Shown here one piece after another: positions 11,881-13,007 of a stretch of 13,007 bases of DNA. Position 1 is the first letter of the stretch; each line of letters begins with the position of its first letter. The position numbers and the translations under genes are program-made. The notes under the pieces were generated by a model that saw nothing but the letters and a program-made list of their open reading frames with translations, was not told where the DNA came from and did not search any database. Source of the DNA: a virus; the UHGV virus genome UHGV-0203085; one strand, given 5' to 3'.

Positions 11881-11911
11881 TACCACGGGTAGGAATTATC
11901 CTAATAACGGT

Positions 11912-12205
11912 TTATTTATGTCTCCAGATGTATTGTCGTCTCTGCGGTTTCGTCGGAATATCATCGTACCCCAGCGATTTCCAGTAATTAAATAGCCGAT
12001 TAGCGATAGCAGCGCGTTCTGGTGTTTTAAACTCACCGAGATTCACGGCCTTCCCATTCTGGAATCCACAGGCGCGGACAGCTTTGCGTCGGGCCTGAAC
12101 CTCTGGGTACAGCGCGTTACCCCGGCGTTTGTATATTCTGGTGTTCGCCCTCGGTGACAGCGGGGCAAGGCCACTTCGTTTCAGGATGTCAGTTGCGAGT
12201 GTCAT
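11912..12205 (-). CDS. putative DNA-binding protein with AP2-like (or integrase arm-like) motif, 97 aa
   Basis: ATG 12203-12205; segment RACGFQNGKAVNLGEFKTPERAAIANRLF resembles the G-K-x-x-x-L-G-x-F-x-T-x-E-x-A-A core of AP2 / HNH-associated DNA-binding domains (from memory). Confidence 0.45.
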   Translation of the reverse strand: MTLATDILKRSGLAPLSPRANTRIYKRRGNALYPEVQARRKAVRACGFQNGKAVNLGEFKTPERAAIANRLFNYWKSLGYDDIPTKPQRRQYIWRHK

Positions 12206-12408
12206 TATTTCTCATGTTTACCAAGTCGCTTAGGTGAGCAGATAGCGCGTACCTCTGAATCGTTAGGCTTGTCACCCTGAAACAGAAAGTGCGCGTTCTC
12301 CGCGGCGCGTGCCGCTGACTGGCACGCCTCCATCGAGTAAAACGTTTCTGATGCCGTGAGGTGCATCTGGCCCGCAGACAACACCCAGATAAATAAGATG
12401 CTGGTCAT
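12205..12408 (-). CDS. small protein with N-terminal signal/anchor-like hydrophobic segment, 67 aa
   Basis: ATG 12406-12408 overlaps the upstream stop (ATGA); N-terminus MTSILFIWVLSAGQMHLTAS is hydrophobic; two Cys in the mature part; no lipobox. Confidence 0.45.
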   Translation of the reverse strand: MTSILFIWVLSAGQMHLTASETFYSMEACQSAARAAENAHFLFQGDKPNDSEVRAICSPKRLGKHEK

Positions 12409-12848
12409 TGGAGTACAGCCTTGCGGTAGCGAACTATGTCATTATGCATACCATTGTGTCGCCAAAAGCAGACGCTAGCATCTCTTTTCGTGCCGTTAAT
12501 CTCGTTAGCGGGCAAGCCGTATATGGTTTCACCGTCGCGGTAAATCACATCGACAAGTGTTCCGCGAGGCACAGGGCAATATCCTCCTTGCCACTCAATC
12601 CAGCATGACTCCTGTGTATCGTCTTTACGGCGACTAGATTGCTCCTGTTCGCGCATAAGTTTGTACGCCTCCACATCACCGGTAGCTGTAGCCAGCGCCA
12701 GATGCAATTCCTTAATCTGCGCCGAAGCATCGCGTAACTGATTCTTAAGTGACTGCACCTCATGCGCCAGGTCTTCGCACTGGTTGTTACTGACCTGCTG
12801 CTGTAGTTGGTCAATCAGGTACTCAAATACTTCGTTTTTATTGTTCAT
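12405..12848 (-). CDS. hypothetical coiled-coil protein with Trp-rich C-terminal domain (possibly Ead/Ea22-like), 147 aa
   Basis: ATG 12846-12848; N-terminal heptad-like QQQVSNNQCEDLAHEVQSLKNQLRDASAQIKELHLALA; C-terminal WIEWQGGYCPVPRGTLVDVIYRDGETIYGLP...FWRHNG. Confidence 0.55.
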   Translation of the reverse strand: MNNKNEVFEYLIDQLQQQVSNNQCEDLAHEVQSLKNQLRDASAQIKELHLALATATGDVEAYKLMREQEQSSRRKDDTQESCWIEWQGGYCPVPRGTLVDVIYRDGETIYGLPANEINGTKRDASVCFWRHNGMHNDIVRYRKAVLQ

Positions 12849-12966
12849 ATTCTTCGCTCACTCCGTTATAGACGCCGTTGTAATCACCGTCGCAGATGAA
12901 CGGGTAGAGCATATCTTCGTACTCGTCCTGCAACTTACCCAAAGTTACTTCACTATAGTCTTTCAT
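12838..12966 (-). CDS. hypothetical acidic micro-protein, 42 aa (not in track)
   Basis: ATG 12964-12966 with GGAGAG 8-10 nt upstream; translation MKDYSEVTLGKLQDEYEDMLYPFICDGDYNGVYNGVSEEYEQ; first ORF downstream of element C; its stop overlaps the next gene start. Confidence 0.3.
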   Translation of the reverse strand: MKDYSEVTLGKLQDEYEDMLYPFICDGDYNGVYNGVSEEYEQ

Positions 12967-12990
12967 CTTCTGTCTCTCCTCTCGTTTCGA

Positions 12991-13007
12991 TAACTGAATA
13001 GTAGTCT
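12991..13007 (-). promoter_or_regulatory. promoter-like element C (minus orientation), truncated by the window edge
   Basis: Minus strand reads ...agacTACTATTCAGTTAtcgaaacg; the 13-bp core TACTATTCAGTTA is identical to elements A and B, and the 21 bp at plus 12983-13003 match element D (1700-1720) with one mismatch. The -35 region would lie beyond position 13007. Confidence 0.3.

Noticed and set aside
1-13007. CRISPR arrays, rRNA, integrase/attachment sites, transposase/IS elements
   Set aside because: No regularly spaced direct repeats, no rRNA-like conserved stretches, and no ORF with integrase or transposase hallmarks were seen in this window.

Overview
This window reads as part of a tailed dsDNA phage or prophage genome of enterobacterial type (strong Shine-Dalgarno sites, many ATGA/TAATG coupled gene junctions). 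All calls are from reading the sequence and the supplied ORF track by eye; no database search was run. Most genes are on the minus strand. From right to left: small early-like genes (including an AP2-like DNA-binding protein), a lysis cassette (two holin-like membrane proteins and a GH24 P22-type lysozyme), a terminator, a run of translationally coupled tiny ORFs, another terminator, then the packaging/head module (small terminase, large terminase with Walker A GGFGSGKT, portal, Mu F / SPP1 gp7-like head morphogenesis protein, Ig-like domain protein), then a divergent regulatory region and more small genes including a DUF551 protein. Two plus-strand moron-like cassettes, each with its own promoter-like element, strong RBS and a near-identical bidirectional terminator hairpin, sit inside the minus-strand module. 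The main result is in the head morphogenesis gene: it carries a 272-codon intein (3212..4027) at the conserved HPN|C site, and the opposite strand of that same interval is one open reading frame (3272..4024) whose product looks like an HTH plus DUF559/Vsr-like endonuclease. The antisense open frame is bounded almost exactly by the intein ends, so this looks like an intein whose homing endonuclease is encoded antisense. A conserved ~36-bp promoter-like element occurs four times (1708..1744, 2108..2143, 4801..4836, and partially at 12991..13007), always pointing at the downstream gene, and a perfect 16-bp palindrome built from its half-site lies in the divergent region. No rRNA, tRNA or CRISPR array was seen.
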